This document shows positions 26,023 through 38,281 of a stretch of DNA of 64,000 nt, one piece after another. The notes under the pieces were generated by a model. That model did no database searches. It was not told the origin of the DNA and saw only the letters and a program-made list of their open reading frames with translations. Both the position numbers and the translations under genes were made by a program. The stretch is from Octopus bimaculoides (taxonomy: Eukaryota): positions 32,614,757-32,678,756 of the forward strand of contig NC_068993.1 of assembly GCF_001194135.2 (NCBI RefSeq), given 5' to 3'. Within the stretch, counting starts at the first letter, position 1; each line of letters begins with the position of its first letter.

Positions 26023-26532
26023 CTGTAAACAACAAAAATAAAGAGTAACATGGAATACTACAGAGTTAATCCAAAATATTTATGGGGCATCAAATATCAA
26101 AGACTTTTGTCATAATAATAATAATAAACAATAATATTAATATGCCAATTTGTTTTTTGTATGTACCTGACGCGTGTGCAATGCTTAAGAGAAGGACATT
26201 GTTGAAAGAAATTTTGTTGCTTAAATAAAAATTTTTAACTAGATATCTTGTAATTTCTGGAAGAGATTTGAAACGACCACCTATGTGTTGTATTACTGCT
26301 TCTCAACACCCATGCCTTTCGCAAATTTCTCTTTCTATATTTTTTTTTGTTAAGTTAGAATTTCTCTTTTTTGGTCAGGATTTTTTTCAATTTCTGTTTT
26401 CTTGTATCAAACAATTGATGAAAGCATTTTTAAAAAATTAAATTTATAGAACCAAACAAAATCAAAAATATTAATTCTATTTTTTCCCTTTACTTTTTAC
26501 TTTCCTACAATATAATTAATTACTATATCCCA

Positions 26533-27270
26533 TATACTGTGTCCTTGCATATTAGGTGAGTATTTCGGAAGTATTTTCATCTTTTAAACAAAAGCTGTCA
26601 AATACATTCGAATATGTTTTTCAATTGAAACACTCTGAATCATTTTGGAAATTTATTGTTTTAATAAAATATGGAATATCGCATGGGGGACGCAGCACAA
26701 GAATGGTTGCACAAGGAACAGGGGGTGGAAATAAGGAATCAAAATCGTGCAAGGATGAGATAGAGAAGAAACGAAATAATCCAAGAGTAGATGGGGCATT
26801 TTCTACAGCATAGGAGGGAAAGAAATCAGCAAAGGATTGAATGAATGAGCCAGGACCAAAGAGAAGTGTACTTTCAAAATAAGAGAGATAGAGATCAACA
26901 GAATCGAGAACATATGAATCAAGAGCAAAGGTAGATGTGCTTAGAAAATATGAGAAACAGAGCTGGATCTCTCTCGGCATACCAACAAACCACAAAATCA
27001 CACCAGCCAGCATCACCACCACCTCCAAGCCCGTCATGCATGCATGTCTCATCCTTGCACGATTTTGATTCCTTATTTCCACTTCCTGTTACTCACACAA
27101 CCATTCTCGTGCTGCATCCCTCATGCAATATTCCATATTTTATTAAAATAATAAATTTCCAAAATGATTCAGCGTATTTCAATTGAAAAACATATATGAA
27201 TGTATCAGTTTTTGTTTAAAAGGTGAAAATATTTCCGAAATACTCACCCAATATGCAAGGACACAGTATA
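26533..27270. mobile_element. Foldback/MITE-like element with ~225-bp terminal inverted repeats
   Basis: Arms 26533-26760 and 27047-27270 are reverse complements (roughly 85% by eye); 286-bp spacer; TA at the ends. Confidence 0.8.
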
Positions 27271-27707
27271 TAGTACATACATGCATGTATATATGTATGT
27301 ATATATTTATGTGTGTGTGTTTGTGTCTGTATTTGTCCCCCCACCACCATTGCTTGACAATCGATGTTGGTGTGTTTGCATCCCTGCAACTTAGCTGTTC
27401 AGCAGAAAAGACCGATAGAATAAGCACCGGGCTTACAGGGAATAAGTCCAGGGGTCAATTTCTACGACTAACGGGTGGTGCTCCAGCATAGCCACCACCA
27501 AATGACTGAAACAAGTAAAAGAATAAAAGAATACGAGAAAAACGTTCGGTACCACTAAACCAAGAAGGTTCTCTGAATATGTACGATGTGTTTTAAGGCT
27601 AAATAATAATTCTGTTTACATTTGCATAACAGATATTTTGGTTGGATTATATAGTTATCAGTTTTACACTTCTTTCTATATTCTGTAACTGTCGCGATAT
27701 ACTTTTC

Positions 27708-27885
27708 TGCAACAGGCACAAGTTCTGAAATTTGGGAGTGGGGCAGTTAATTAGATCAACCCCAGTACGCAACTGGTACTTAATTTATCGCCCCCAAAAG
27801 GATGAAAAGCAAAGTCGACCTCAGCAGAATTTGAATTCAGAACGTAAAGACAGACAAAACACTGCTAAGCATTTTGCCCAAACAT
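27708..27885 (-). mobile_element. tRNA-derived SINE, family B
   Basis: Reverse complement of the same family. Other minus copies at ~8085-8285, 10418-10582, 11382-11555, 11573-11760, 13572-13640, 19545-19670, 22690-22830, 37395-37585. Confidence 0.72.
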
Positions 27886-28393
27886 TTTTGGGGGATCGAG
27901 TAGCATGTGCTCATCACAGTCTGGTAGGGGCCTTTATTGTTGCGGTCATAGTACTGACGCTAAATACTTTTACATATNNNNNNNNNNNNNNNNNNNNNNN
28001 NNNNNNNNNNNNNNNNNNNNNNNNNNNNNNNNNNNNNNNNNNNNNNNNNNNNNNNNNNNNNNNNNNNNNNNNNNNNNNNNNNNNNNNNNNNNNNNNNNNN
28101 NNNNNNNNNNNNNNNNNNNNNNNNNNNNNNNNNNNNNNNNNNNNNNNNNNNNNNNNNNNNNNNNNNNNNNNNNNNNNNNNNNNNNNNNNNNNNNNNNNNN
28201 NNNNNNNNNNNNNNNNNNNNNNNNNNNNNNNNNNNNNNNNNNNNNNNNNNNNNNNNNNNNNNNNNNNNNNNNNNNNNNNNNNNNNNNNNNNNNNNNNNNN
28301 NNNNNNNNNNNNNNNNNNNNNNNNNNNNNNNNNNNNNNNNNNNNNNNNNNNNNNNNNNNNNNNNNNNNNNNNNNNNNNNNNNNNNNNNNNNNN

Positions 28394-28689
28394 ATTTTCG
28401 AGCGAGATCGTTGCCAGTGCCCCTGGACTGGCTCTTGTGCGGGTGGCACATAAAAGACACCATTTTGAGCGTGGCCGTTGCCAGTACCGCCTGACTGGCC
28501 CTTGTGCGAGTGACACGTAAAAGCACCCACTACACTCTCTGAGTGGTTGGCGTTAGGAAGGGCATCTAGCAGTAGAAACTCTGCCAAATTAGATTGGAGC
28601 CTGGTGTTGCCATCCGGTTTCACCAGTCCTCAGTCAAATCGTCCAACCCATGCTAGCATGGAAAGCGGACGTTAAGCGATGATGATGAT
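28394..28689 (+). repeat. RTE 3'-end copy (young)
   Basis: High similarity to 35995-36405 and 57705-57851. Confidence 0.88.
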
Positions 28690-28841
28690 ACACAACTAGT
28701 CTGTTTATGATGAAATTCCAATGAAGGAGCCTTTGGTCTGGGGTTACAAACCAGGTCTTTCTCTATTGAACAAACCTAGAAATAAACTAAATAATAGCAT
28801 CCATACATAGCAAGTTTGCATACATGCATACACACACACAA

Positions 28842-28877
<36 letters not shown>

Positions 28878-28962
28878 ACTCACACAAATACAAAAACAAC
28901 AAATTTCTGCAAAAGTGAGATAAAGCTCCTAAATCCAATAAAATGAAAAATATAATATTCAC

Positions 28963-29089
28963 CCAGAACACTGTTATCATCCATGTTGAGTGATGTTCCA
29001 GTCATGATACTGTCTGTTTCGACAGCATCAAGAGCAGCTTCTCGAGCAGCCTGTATATCTCGTTCAAGTTGACTTAAATGTTCATCATA
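28963..29089 (-). CDS. TAF1: TAF1 exon (YDEHLSQLERDIQAAREAALDAVETDSIMTGTSLNMDDNSVL)
   Basis: cag|TAT, G|gtgaat; YDEHL.QLE.DI motif ending BD2. Confidence 0.94.
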
Positions 29090-29249
29090 CTGCAAATTAA
29101 TAATAACACAATTAAAGCAAAGTTAACAGCATTGAAATCATTGCACATACACACACATGCACACGCAAGCCTGCATACACACATATCTATATATATACAG
29201 AGAGAAAGAGACAGCATTACATGCATACACAATATATATACAAATATAT

Positions 29250-29400
29250 CATCATCATTATAATCCTTTAATGTTTGTGTTTCATGCTGGCTTGGGTTGG
29301 ACAGTTTGACAGGATCCAACAAGTTGGAGGACTACATCAAATTCCAATGTCTGCTTTGGTATTATTTCTACAGCTGGATACCCTTCCTAATACCAACCAA
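29250..29400 (-). repeat. Diverged RTE 3'-end copy
   Basis: Contains catgctggcttgggttggac and ttctacagctggatacccttcctaa motifs. Confidence 0.65.
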
Positions 29401-29441
29401 GTGGGGAGGTGAAGAACACCAGTATAATAAAACCATAGATG

Positions 29442-29490
<49 letters not shown>

Positions 29491-30063
29491 NNNNNNNNNN
29501 NNNNNNNNNNNNNNNNNNNNNNNNNNNNNNNNNNNNNNNNNNNNNNNNNNNNNNNNNNNNNNNNNNNNNNNNNNNNNNNNNNNNNNNNNNNNNNNNNNNN
29601 NNNNNNNNNNNNNNNNNNNNNNNNNNNNNNNNNNNNNNNNNNNNNNNNNNNNNNNNNNNNNNNNNNNNNNNNNNNNNNNNNNNNNNNNNNNNNNNNNNNN
29701 NNNNNNNNNNNNNNNNNNNNNNNNNNNNNNNNNNNNNNNNNNNNNNNNNNNNNNNNNNNNNNNNNNNNNNNNNNNNNNNNNNNNNNNNNNNNNNNNNNNN
29801 NNNNNNNNNNNNNNNNNNNNNNNNNNNNNNNNNNNNNNNNNNNNNNNNNNNNNNNNNNNNNNNNNNNNNNNNNNNNNNNNNNNNNNNNNNNNNNNNNNNN
29901 NNNNNNNNNNNNNNNNNNNNNNNNNNNNNNNNNNNNNNNNNNNNNNNNNNNNNNNNNNNNNNNNNNNNNNNNNNNNNNNNNNNNNNNNNNNNNNNNNNNN
30001 NNNNNNNNNNNNNNNNNNNNNNNNNNNNNNNNNNNNNNNNNNNNNNNNNNNNNNNNNNNNNNN

Positions 30064-30620
30064 GTAAATAAACAGACAAGAGTTCTTAAACAGACAAGAA
30101 ATTCTCAGCCAGCGATGAACATCTGTATAACAAGAATCACGGCCCGGCATCGATGCCACGACATCACAACTAGTGATCAGCACTGCCACACTCAGCCTCT
30201 CCTCACTTTCACATACAGAACTTTTCCTATAGTGTACTAACGATCTGGTATAATTGCTCACGTGTTATTGACTCTCTTTCCATCTGCTGTAATAACTCAC
30301 ATACACACATGTATCACTCACATACACACTTTTCTTTGCATGATGGCCTGTCTTTAATTATGTTATTATATGTCACATTCACACTCTCACACAGACATAC
30401 ATCTTTAACGCTACAATAAATATATCTGTTATTCATCTAATACGGTTGTGGTCTTTCATTGCTGGTCATCTATGTTATCGTCGCATAACATATCATGTAT
30501 ATCATCCATTGATATATATATTTGTATGTTCGACCGTGTGACGCGTTTAAATAAAAGGAGTCCTGTTTTTCCATTCGTCACCATTTCTCCTTTTATGAGT
30601 TCGCACGGTCGTCCCTTACA
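30064..30620 (+). mobile_element. Probable solo LTR
   Basis: Starts (t)GTA right after a gap and ends TTACA; AATAAA at ~30415 followed by a T-rich tract; flanked by (TA)n. Confidence 0.45.
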
Positions 30621-30954
30621 TATATATAGGTCTTCAATTTATTTATGAATGTGAAAAAGAAGAAAATGGAGAAATTGGCATATACATTGGATATTCAAAT
30701 CAATATAGTATGAAATTTTTATCCATACAGACATTTCCATAGCCAATTAAGTCAATTAGAGAAATTAAATTAAATTAATTTAAAATTTTCATATTGCAAC
30801 TGGTTAATTGGATATTTAGAAACGTTTCTGCAAAAGTGAGATAAATAGTACAATAGTAATGTTCTTGGAATAAAATGTTAGTAAGAAATGTATACTTAAG
30901 TCATCTAGTGTACAAGGGGAAACAACCCAAGTTAAATCCCATCTCAACCTCTGG

Positions 30955-31590
30955 AATATAGGTAACTTGGTAAAAAGTAATCATACCAAATGGAATGATA
31001 CAAAACAGAATAATAATATGAGTAGTAATGAAAATATATTTTGTGTTTGTAAAGTTAGAAGTAAATGTTTATTTAAAAATTATTGTAGCAGTTCGACAAA
31101 AGAGATCAATAGAATAAGTACTAGGCTTCTAAAGAATAAGTCCTGGGGTCGATTTACTCGACTAAAGGCGGTGCTCCAGCATGGCCACAGTCAAAAGACT
31201 GAAACAAGTAAAAGAGTAAAAGTGTAAAGAGTAACCAAAAAACTGTTGTTTACAGCTGTAAAGTGAAATCTGAAAGAAAGAGTTTCTTTTACATAGAGCA
31301 ACATGCAATTTTATCAAGAAATGCATCTCTAATCACATTTACACCTTTAATAATAGGAACAGATCTTCTTGTACCAGCCTCAGTAAATTTATTTGGGACT
31401 TGAACAACAAGAAAAAAAAAATTTTCAGTGGAGTGGGAGATTGTAAGCAAGGCTGCTGCTTATAAGGTTGGAAATTCCTTTTGCTTTCTCTGGCTCGAAG
31501 AATTATATCAAGTCCTATATTCCAGGCAGTGCCTCTTAAATACAAGGATTGAGACTGGTTTTTCATATGTTCATGCATGTAAATGGGCTT
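30955..31590 (+). pseudogene. Degenerate PLE linker plus GIY-YIG endonuclease, split by a SINE fragment (~31075-31235)
   Basis: Reads CVCKVRSKCLFKNYC / TVVYSCKV...FYIE / TSLSKFIWDL / FSVEWEIV...CFLWLEE...LLNTRIE, paralleling the GIY-YIG at 4020-4498. Confidence 0.78.
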
Positions 31591-32394
31591 TCAAAAACTA
31601 CCATTAGATATGTTATTACGATGAATAAATTAATTATATGTTAAAGCTACTTGTACTTTGAATAGGGATGTAAGTCATGTTTAGCACACTAACATCTGTA
31701 ACCATATGAATAAAGAATTCTTAGTAGATATCATAGAAATGTTTAAATATTATATTAAAATATTAATATTTAAATATTAATATTTCATCTTAAATACGAG
31801 GAAGGAGACTGATTTTTCATGTATTCACACATGTATATGGGTGTTCAAAAACTGCCATCAGTTAAATTACTATTATAAATAATTATATATTAAAGCTACT
31901 GGAACTTTGAATCTGTCGATACTTCATGTTTCATTACACTAGCATCTGTAAATATAAGGATGTAAGATTGCTTAGCTGATATAATATTGATATAAAAATA
32001 CTAATTAAATAATAAAGATGTATATTAGATTTTCTGCACAGGTAGCAGCATAATATGTGGTTCCTATAGATGTAATTAAGCACATTTCTCATGAATATAC
32101 CATTGATATTTTATAATATAATTCATTAAACTAAATTAAAGATAAAACATGTTAATTTTGTAGTAGTTGTAGCTTTAGTAATTTAAGTTTTTTAATTAAA
32201 TTTCTATCAATTAGATTTGGTAACGTTTACGTTTTCCTTTGTTTACATGGTTTGTACTGACCATAACTATTGCACACAGATATAGATGATGCAATACTCT
32301 AATATGGTAATTAATAAGCAGTTTTTAATACGTCATATTTTTCATTGTCTCTAATATTTTAACAAACGCACACACAATTACATGATGAATGTTA

Positions 32395-32428
<34 letters not shown>

Positions 32429-32512
32429 ACACCTAGTTCACCCTAGCTGCAACATCACCACCAATAACAACTATTATGCATTACAAACGCATGCACACAA
32501 CTATTTCAAATA

Positions 32513-32553
<41 letters not shown>

Positions 32554-32651
32554 TCAAAACATTTTTTTTTAAATGCATACATTGCCAAAACACACACATT
32601 TGAGTTTGACATGGGTCAATCAACACATTGGAATGTAACTCCTTTCTGGTA

Positions 32652-32771
32652 AATTCTCCCCTGATGAAATATCCAATTGACCAGTTGCAATATGAAAATT
32701 TTAGATTAATTTAATTTTAATTTCTCTAACTGAATTAATTGGCTATGGAAACGGTTGTATGGATAAGAATT
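32652..32771 (+). ncRNA. Type I hammerhead ribozyme with extended stem II
   Basis: CTGATGA at 32661-32667; long stem II (atatccaattgaccagtt pairing with aactgaattaattggctat); GAAAC at 32748-32752; GTA at 32757-32759; partial stem I aattct..cc / gg..agaatt. Confidence 0.65.
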
Positions 32772-33491
32772 TGATATTATATTGATTTGAATATCTTTGA
32801 ATAAACAGATGTCCATATGTAAATTTCTCCATTTTCTTCTTTTTCTCATTCATAAATAATTTAAATACCCATATCAAATAATGCAAAACCAACGTATTTA
32901 GTTTTTCACTGAACACGAGAGAACTAGAATGCAAACATCCCTTAAAGGATTATAGGTCCTTGGCATTATTATATATATATACAAAGTCATAATTGACAGA
33001 GAAATAGTTTGATGAAATATTATCTAATGATAAGAAAATTCTAATATCATGACAAATTGTTTCATAACTTAAAAACATGCAAATAATTTATAGTAGTATC
33101 GTTTTCTTATTTTATCACATCATATATTCTATATGTTTTGTAGAATGATACATTAAGGAGCTTTTTTTTATGAGTACTACTGAATTACTTGAATCCATAT
33201 ATTGTGACTTAAATTTAAATATATATATATGAAATCAAAATATGCAACAGGATATCAAGTAGTAATGTAGTATGACCATTTCAAGCAGCTCCATTTAATT
33301 GAACAAAGCAATCATTACATCAATTTAAATTCAGTGCCATCTTCAGCTGCACAAATAAATAAATGGAATTTTAACAAGTAGGACACATTAATATAATTTT
33401 TCTTAAATATTTTAACAGAGCAAGATAGAAGAAATTCATGTTGTTGCTATTGTAGCTAAGAACAGACTACAACTTCTAAGAATCACATGGA

Positions 33492-33526
<35 letters not shown>

Positions 33527-33997
33527 CATTCATTTTGCATCTGTTTCTTCTTGCAAGCTTGGGTTGAAAGAGGGTTGTTTTGAGGTGGGACTTTTACAGC
33601 TGGTCACTCTCACAGTTTCAATGACCACCCACCACTTAAATATACAGCAGACAGAGGCCAACACTTCACTGGTGTAAGAGCAGTAACATTGTCAAAATGA
33701 CAAGTGTTTCATAAGGACACTCTACTAAATTCATATTCCCTATGGAAAACAAGGATTCCAGGAAATATTCTGCAATGTGGAAAAAGACTGATTTCTAGGC
33801 CTTAGATCTAGATGGATGTCTTCAAGAGGATCCTGTCAGAAATCCCTTCTTTGGCTGTAGAGGTTCTGAACCAAAGTTGAACACATCTTTAACAAGTCCT
33901 CATGGCAAACACATGGCAAACACATGGTAGAAATATTCAATGAAAAATAAAAACACCAACAAAAAAAGAAAGAAAGAAATATTAAAATGAAACTTGC

Positions 33998-34150
33998 TTC
34001 AGAAAGATTTTCTCTGGCCACATCTACAATTCTCTTGGCAGTATTAGTGTAGCTACTGTCAGGTCCATTGTACTTGACACTGTTAGCAAATATCAACTCC
34101 ACGTCCTCGATGAATTGGTCTCGATGCTGATACTTATGTAACTGTACATT
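33998..34150 (-). CDS. TAF1: TAF1 exon, bromodomain 2 (NVQLHKYQHRDQFIEDVELIFANSVKYNGPDSSYTNTAKRIVDVARENLSE)
   Basis: cag|AAT acceptor; the donor is inferred to be non-canonical GAA|gcaagt because the next exon starts in phase 0. Confidence 0.9.
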
Positions 34151-34539
34151 CTGGAATTGGATAAAACATTATAAAAGATTTAATATTTTGAGATGACTTC
34201 ACTATCCCATAACAGGACAAATATATGCACAAGCATCACAAAACTGTTATGATTTTGGGATGATAACAGATGAGGGAACATCATGTCCATATCTTGTTTG
34301 TGAATTTTCTATGTTTGCTTTGTTGTCTTTTCTATGTTTTTTGACTCACACAAACACACACACACACACAATGGGTTTCTTTCAGCTTCCATGTGCCAAA
34401 TCCGCTCACAAGGCTTTGGTCAGCCCAAGACTATAGCAGAAGATACTTGCCCAGAGTGTCACGCAGTGGGAATGAACCCGGAACAATTTGGTTGGGAAGT
34501 AAGCTTCTTACTACACAGCCATGCCTGTACATGTATGTA

Positions 34540-34578
<39 letters not shown>

Positions 34579-35188
34579 AAATCAAAATAAGCAACACGGA
34601 TTTTAAAGATGATTGCAGTACGCACGTTTCATGCTACTCCATTTATTTAAGTAATGCGAGCATTACATTAAATGCAATGCATGAATGTATATATGATGGT
34701 CTTCTATACAGTGTTTATGTACCAATTTCATTCACAAGGCACTAATCAGCCTAGAACGATATAGTAATACACATACACAGAATTGTGAGCAGGAGGAATT
34801 TTCACCAGTTCACACAAAGCAGTTGCTAAAATGTGTTCTTAAAATGCGAACTGGTAGTTCACTTTTGATTAGAGAGCCCTATAAGATCAATTACCACGCA
34901 GTCAAATAACTTTTATTGTACAGGAATGTTTATATCTACTGCATTACTATATATGCTATGTGCACATACTGTGTATATTTAAGACCAGCACCTAGCACCT
35001 TGAATATCTCAAGTGGATACCATTTTGTTGCAAGCATTCAGTCCAGGCCTTGAGACTGAGGACATCTCCCTCCTTCCCCACCCACTGCTCTCAGAGGCTC
35101 CATAAAGGGTCATAGGTATTGTGCTCTCTCCTGACTAGTGTTATTTAGAGCAATTACTGTTACATTTTTTGTACATTTGCTTACTGAC

Positions 35189-35281
35189 CTTAAGTAGGGT
35201 GCTAAGGTCCATTGGTTTCTTAATGACTTCATAATAATCTTTAACAGATTTCTTGTTAACTGGTTGGTGGAATGGCCACGA
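35189..35281 (-). CDS. TAF1: TAF1 exon, bromodomain 2 ([31 protein letters not shown])
   Basis: cag|TCG, AAG|gtcagt; WPF shelf motif. Confidence 0.96.
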
Positions 35282-35614
35282 CTGAAATAAGAAATAAAAA
35301 GAGAAAGAGATAAAAAGAAAACAGTTATAATCGGAAAAAACAAATATGTTGCTGTTGTTGTGGCATGGCTTGAGGTCAGCCTTAATCAAGCAGGTCTAGG
35401 ATCAAAGACATTCTAGCCATAGTCATCAAATCTATATATTACCAAATGAGTGTAATATAAATTATGGAAAGTGTCATTCCTTTTATTTAAATAGTATGGT
35501 GTGATTTGAATAAGAACTGGCTGTTAATTCTAGTAGATCAAGCAACCACAACATATTCTCCTCTATTGGCTTGTTGTTATTGTTGATTTTATTGTTGTTT
35601 TACATCTATTTCCA

Positions 35615-35730
35615 CCACACATCCAACCGTAGAAATCATGCCAAATCAGATTGGAGTCTGGTGCAGCCTTCCAGCTTGCCAGCCCTGGTCAAACCATCCA
35701 ACCCATGCCAGCAGGGACAACGGACATTAA

Positions 35731-35760
<30 letters not shown>
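35615..35760 (+). repeat. RTE 3'-end copy
   Basis: Same terminal motif and (GAT)n tail. Confidence 0.75.
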
Positions 35761-35761
<1 letters not shown>

Positions 35762-35994
35762 GTGCCCTTAGCTGTCCAAGACCAGTGTCATAAACACAAT
35801 GTTCTGCCTGAATAATTACAAGTTGATGACTACAGAAAGAACCTGGTTTAGGGGTAAATGATAGTGGGTCAATAAAAGACTGAGCAGAGTGGTTTGAATG
35901 TGTGAAGATCTGAATGTTAGCGAAATCAGGATAACACCTGTGCCCAGCATCACCTTTCTGGCACTTGTGCCCATGACATGTGTAAGGATTTTCG

Positions 35995-36405
35995 AGCGAG
36001 ATCGTTGCCAGTGCCCCTGGACTGGCTCTTGTGCGGGTGGCACATAAAATACACCATTTGAGCGTGGCCGTTTCCAGTACCGCCTGACTGGCCTTCGTAG
36101 GATTTTCGAGTGAGACCGTTGCCAGTGCCCCTGGACTGGCTCTTGTGCAGGTGGCACATAAAATACACAATTTTGAGCGTGGCCGTTGCCAGTACCGCCT
36201 GACTGTCCTTCATGCGGGTGACACGTAAAAGCACCCACTACACTCTCTGAGTGGTTGGCGTTAGGAAGGGCATCCAGCTGTAGAAACTCTGCCAAATCAG
36301 ATTGGAGGCTGGTGTTGCCATCCGGTTTCACCAGTCCTCAGTCAAATCGTCCAACCCATGCTAGCATGGAAAGCGGACGTTAAACGATGATGATGATGAT
36401 GATGA
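35995..36405 (+). repeat. RTE 3'-end copy with an internal tandem duplication of a ~117-bp module
   Basis: The ttttcgag...ctgactg unit occurs twice; (GAT)n tail. Confidence 0.88.
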
Positions 36406-37212
36406 GTGAGAAAGAAGCTTATTCAGGTTGAGTTCATTGGCTGTCTGTGTTTCACTGTTACAATTCATCACATATATAACATATACAACATACGGCTATC
36501 CACACTTCATAGTCACATTTCATCACATATATGATGTATATATAGTATATATATGTCGCATAACTATCCATATTTCACAGCTATATTACATTATATATGA
36601 CAATGTATGTCACATAGCTGTCTATATTTCATCATATACCTAACAAATACATTATATTGTAGTTGTCCATATTTCAATTACATTACATCATGTATACAAT
36701 ATATACATCACATGGCTCTCCCATGTTTTCCTACAAATATTATTGAAATAAAATTCAGAGTAGGCTTGAACTTCTAACAAACAAAGTCTTCACTCAGGTT
36801 TCAATTTCTAGTTAAAACTATTTCATTTTACTCAGACCACTAATGTTTCCAGGAAGCATGTGAGCTAAATAGTGTCACTACATAGTCAATGGATCAATTA
36901 GAAATAGCAGCCATTTCTCCTTCAAACCACACCATATTGTCCTAAATAATGAGAGGACATCCCATTTTTTTAATATATCTAGGAGTACACTATCTGATGA
37001 GTATATATATATGAGAACATTATCTTTCCTTTTTAAGATGGTAGAATCTAATGATACACAAGGAAGATTTGTCAGATATTTCTGGCAGGTCTAGTTACCA
37101 TGATGAGGCTTCCTCACCAGTGAAGTTCAGTAACAATATGGTGAGTTTGAAGAGAAAAATATCTTTGAAATAAAAACAGAACAAAAGAAGTAAAAAAACC
37201 ACAAAGACTTAC

Positions 37213-37335
37213 ATTTTCAACAATCTTCATTTTTTGTTGAATAATATTTTCTAAAATAAATGAGAATGCAACTTGGTCATCATCATCTAATAATGGGTTG
37301 ATTGCTTTCTCCAGACGCATCAACTTTTCTTCTTT
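37213..37335 (-). CDS. TAF1: TAF1 exon, BD1-BD2 junction ([41 protein letters not shown])
   Basis: cag|AAA, AAT|gtaagt; [22 protein letters not shown] motif. Confidence 0.96.
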
Positions 37336-38281
37336 CTGTAATAAAGTTGTTTAAAATATTTTAAAGATTATTTATAATAATAATAATTTTAATTTTGGCA
37401 CAATGCCAGCAATTTTGAGGAGATGGGGAATAGTTAACGTCATCAATCCCAGTAACTGGCACTATATTTTACTGATCCTGGAGGGATGAAAAGCAAAGTT
37501 GACTTAGTAGGATTTGAACTCAGAATGAAAAGAGTCACATGGAACACCACAAGGTATTTTTTCTGACACTAACAATTCTGCTAGTTGCCACAAAGGTGAA
37601 AGATGAGAGACATTGCAAAGACAAATACAAAATGCAGGGGTTTTTTTTTAATCCAGTGAGGAGGGGGGGGGGGAAACAACAACAACAACATTAATTTAAA
37701 CAGAGTAGAAAGACAAAGACAGCTAAATAAAATTTAGTTGTAATTATTTTCATTGTTATTTTCTTAAATAAAATTTTCAACCATAAAGTCATTTTCAATA
37801 GTTTAATAATAAGGAAAATCAACTGCCTCTGTGAAGGCCCATGAGGACAACCTCAAAATTTTGTTGCTGTTTTGTTTTCTTTCTTTCCATTTTGTTTAAA
37901 CTGAATCGAAGTATGATGGTTGATTTCCCGTTTCATTGTACGTTCAATCGCATGCATCTCCCATTTTCAACCTTACTGCAGTCACGCCAGCTCTGCTCTC
38001 AAGCTGTTTTAACAGCTATATACTTCAACCAGTGCTTTTCCTCATAATAGCTACCTTTGAAGCTATAAATCAACTCAGAGATGATGAAAAATCACCGTCA
38101 TACATTTTTGCAGCTATGTGCCAACCAGTTTAATCAACTCCTGTAAATGTGATGTTCTTGTAATTTGACATTGTCTGTTTTACATGAAGCCATGTACAAT
38201 TGTAGCAATAAATATGTATATAAATTACCACTCAGGAACAATAAACATTGAAAATGTACAGAGAACAACTTCTGCCACATT

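Larger units (their letters stand above)
30629..32870 (+). mobile_element. 5'-truncated Penelope-like element with an inverted terminal repeat
   Basis: About 190-bp inverted repeats (30629-30817 / 32667-32870), a degenerate GIY-YIG ORF, an internal ~170-bp direct repeat (31585-31750 / 31840-32005) and a hammerhead at the 3' end. Confidence 0.75.

Noticed and set aside
26556-27491. Overlapping ORFs on both strands (85-153 aa)
   Set aside because: Products of the foldback element and a SINE; mirrored peptides reflect the inverted arms, with no domain similarity.
27732-30261. ORFs spanning N runs (also 57797-58138)
   Set aside because: Artefacts of gaps joined to repeat sequence.
29090-35188. 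Counterpart of the vertebrate neural TAF1 6-nt microexon in bromodomain 2
   Set aside because: The NSVKYNGP region lies within one exon here, and a 6-nt exon cannot be distinguished from chance AG-N6-GT matches without RNA data.
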